A stretch of DNA of 64,000 bases, taken from Selaginella moellendorffii (taxonomy: Eukaryota; Plantae; Lycopodiophyta). The DNA is taken from positions 2,558,494 through 2,622,493 of the forward strand of contig NW_003314268.1 of the NCBI RefSeq assembly GCF_000143415.4, written 5' to 3'. A program made the position numbers and the translations under genes. Under the pieces are notes generated by a model that saw only the letters and a program-made list of their open reading frames with translations, was not told the DNA's origin and ran no database searches. Shown here piece after piece: positions 61,700-64,000 of the stretch; within the stretch, counting starts at the first letter, position 1, and each line of letters starts with the position of its first letter.

Positions 61700-62048
61700 A
61701 CCAAGCTTCCAGAGATTGAAATCCACGCTGCCGAGTATGAATTCCCAGACGAGGCTTTGCCAACCGACTCCGGCTATCTCCCCATTGACGAGTCGCCTTT
61801 TTTACGTTTACTACGAAGCGAGCAAGCCAGACACCGAGCTGGAAATCTCACCGATTATGGTGTGGCTCAACGGCGGACCCGGTTGCTCCAGCTTGATCGG
61901 TTGCTTCTACGAGCTCGGCCCATGGATTCTCCAAGAGAACTTCAGCTTGCAAAAAAATCCAGGAGCATGGAACCGAAGGTATCGTAGATTTTTGTTTTCG
62001 AAGTGACCGAAAGTTTTGTTTTGAACATATTTTGTCTATCCAGGTGTG
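61700..62048 (+). pseudogene. Serine carboxypeptidase-like (SCPL50-type) 5' fragment
   Basis: ALPTDSGYLPI, frameshift, FYVYYEA..WLNGGPGCSSLIGCFYELGPW..NPGAWNR, then truncated after an intron. Confidence 0.85.
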
Positions 62049-63290
62049 AAATCCAAAAATTCTTTTGTTCGTCATGGTATAATCTAAGAACTTAGGTGCA
62101 ATGTTTTGGACATGGACCATGAGGTTATCACTTTGATCGGGCGTGCTTCTACCATCTCGCAAGTGAAAAGAGGGTTGAGAGGAAACTCCACCGCCATGTC
62201 CAGCTCGTGAATCTAATCGTCAAAGCATATGCCAGGTGTGGCAGCCTCCAAGATGCCCTTTCTGCCTTTCAAACGCTCGAGTGTCCCAACCAGCACTCTT
62301 GGAATATCCTGCTCTCGGGCTACGTCCGCAATGGAGGTATTGCCCAAGCGGAGGAGCTGTTTGGAGTCTTGCCATTGCGAGATCGAGTGACTTGGAATAC
62401 GCTGGTTGCAGCTTATGCTAATGCTGGGCATTTGCGTAAGGCAAAACAGCTGTTTGATACGATGCCGGACAGGGACATTGTTTCCTGGGCGTCACTTCTC
62501 CAGGCGTTTGTAAAGAAGGGAGATTTGAGCAGTGGAAAGAGGTTGTTTGATCTTATGCCCAGATGGAACGTTGTAGTCTTTAATTCCATGATATCTGGAT
62601 TTGCAAACTTGGGTGATCTGTCCAGCGCCGAGAGTATGTTTGCATGGATCCCAGAAGCGACGCTCGTTACATGGACAACCATGGTGGCCGCGTTTTGCGA
62701 AAAGGGTCTAATAGCTAGAGCTAAAGACCTCTTCTCCAAAATGCCCGAAAGAAACATGCTAGCCTGCACTACCATGCTTGAAGCTTTTTCTCTGAAAGGT
62801 GATCTCACCGAAGCAAAGCGGGTCTTTGATTCCATGCCAGAGTGGGATCTTGTCTCGTTTACGGTGATGCTTCAGGCATATGGCAAAAGAGGGCATTTGG
62901 TAGAATGTATACGTTTGCTCCAAACCACGAGAAAAATGTGGTCTCCTACAATGCGGTGATTTCGGCATTTATTAACGCTGGAGACTTAGAGGGAGCCAAG
63001 TCTCGGTTTGATTTGTGCCCAGAATGGGACATTGTGTCGTGGACAACTTTGATTTCAGGATATGCCGTGGCCAGGTATTTTGATGCTGTAAAGAGCTTTT
63101 TGGCAAGAATGCCCGATGTGGACACAATGACGTGGAATACCATCCTAGCGGCGTATGTCGGCGATAGAAATATCTCTCGTCCAAAGACAACGTTCTATTC
63201 CATGAAAGAGCGGGATACCATTTCATGGAACGTGATTTTAGCAGCGTATTCCCAAGCTGGAGATTTGGAGGAGGCAAGGAGGCTGTTCTC
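62049..63290 (+). pseudogene. Inverted, frameshifted duplicate of the PPR gene at 43763-45355
   Basis: Near-identical to the reverse complement of ~44155-45413. Deletions near 62170 and 62928. 3'-truncated. Confidence 0.92.
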
Positions 63291-63724
63291 GGCAATGAGT
63301 CCTAGATCCACCTCCTTGACGGAGAAGAGTGAATCTCTAGTGCAGTTCCTCACGTCGCAGGCCGTGATGACATCGATCCGCGCCAATGCACGCGCCATAG
63401 ATCATCGCGATGACTGGCTTGCGGCAAATCTCGGGCGAGAGATTCGGCGCCTACATCAGGTGGTTCCAAGACTCCCTCTCGGCGGCCGCGAGCGCCATCG
63501 CCATCGCCATGGGCCGAGGAAGAGGAAGAAGAGGATTTGGTGCTGAGGATGTTGGTGTCGATACCCGCGCAGAAATTGGAGCCATTCCCCGAGAGCAGCA
63601 CCACGCGCACCTGTGGATCATCGTCCAGTGCTCGCAGCGATCGGGAGCTCGCGGAGGACGGCGTCGTCCAGGGCATTGCCCAGGTTGAGGAGGAGACGTG
63701 CTCCTCCACGCCCATAGCCATCAA
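63291..63724 (-). pseudogene. Enoyl-CoA hydratase family fragment (delta3,5-delta2,4-dienoyl-CoA isomerase-like)
   Basis: VRVVLLSGNGSNFCAGID, CRKPVIA and DVITACDVR..FSVKEVDLGL motifs, with frameshifts. Cut by the PPR copy. Confidence 0.82.
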
Positions 63725-64000
63725 GAACCCTAATTTTTTAATTTTAGCTCTTCAATCACGCAAAATCTTTGGGGGTTAAGAAAGTTTTTCTCTGAGTCTA
63801 CAAGAATCCCATTCCTTGGATTATTCCAGAAGTTGTCTCTGTAATTGTCAACCTCCTTTAGATCCCTCCTTAGAACAGTCAAGTCCTGCAATAGATGCTA
63901 GAAAGTTAACCGAAATTGCTCACAATTCTTCCCAAACCTCTTCGCTGGTGCACAAGCAAATTCATGTGAACGAATTTGCTGTTCATCAGTTAGATCACAT

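Overview
Eukaryotic plant genomic DNA, most consistent with the lycophyte Selaginella. This is an inference from ~45-70 nt introns, very tight gene spacing and abundant PLS-class PPR genes. Two gene-dense flanks (1-14.7 kb and 41.3-64 kb) surround a ~25 kb island of nested transposable elements. The left flank holds PSB27-H2, a PLS-E PPR gene, BDP1, a GMC oxidoreductase with an internal stop, a Pro-rich/TM/TPR protein, a NUMOD3-type protein and dirigent-like genes. The TE island can be resolved by target-site duplications (TSDs). An old fold-back inverted duplication of retroelement sequence was invaded by two non-autonomous LTR elements and a solo LTR. The island also contains a small LTR family whose LTRs carry the 5S rRNA internal promoter (Cassandra-like TRIM; solo LTR 17442-17635 and a decayed element 39686-40280). 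The right flank holds SNX2, a Gnk2/DUF26 protein, a PPR gene, a dicarboxylate carrier, DEG15, plastid RPS5, an orphan coiled-coil protein and an ENODL phytocyanin. It continues with a LINE remnant, a three-copy cluster of an unrecognised Trp/Arg/Cys-rich secreted peptide, a second Pro-rich TM protein and a mosaic of gene fragments. The best candidates for novelty are the 5S-promoter LTR family, the WxW peptide cluster and the kinase-less PERK-like proteins. All calls were made by eye with no database searches, and exon boundaries are manual.
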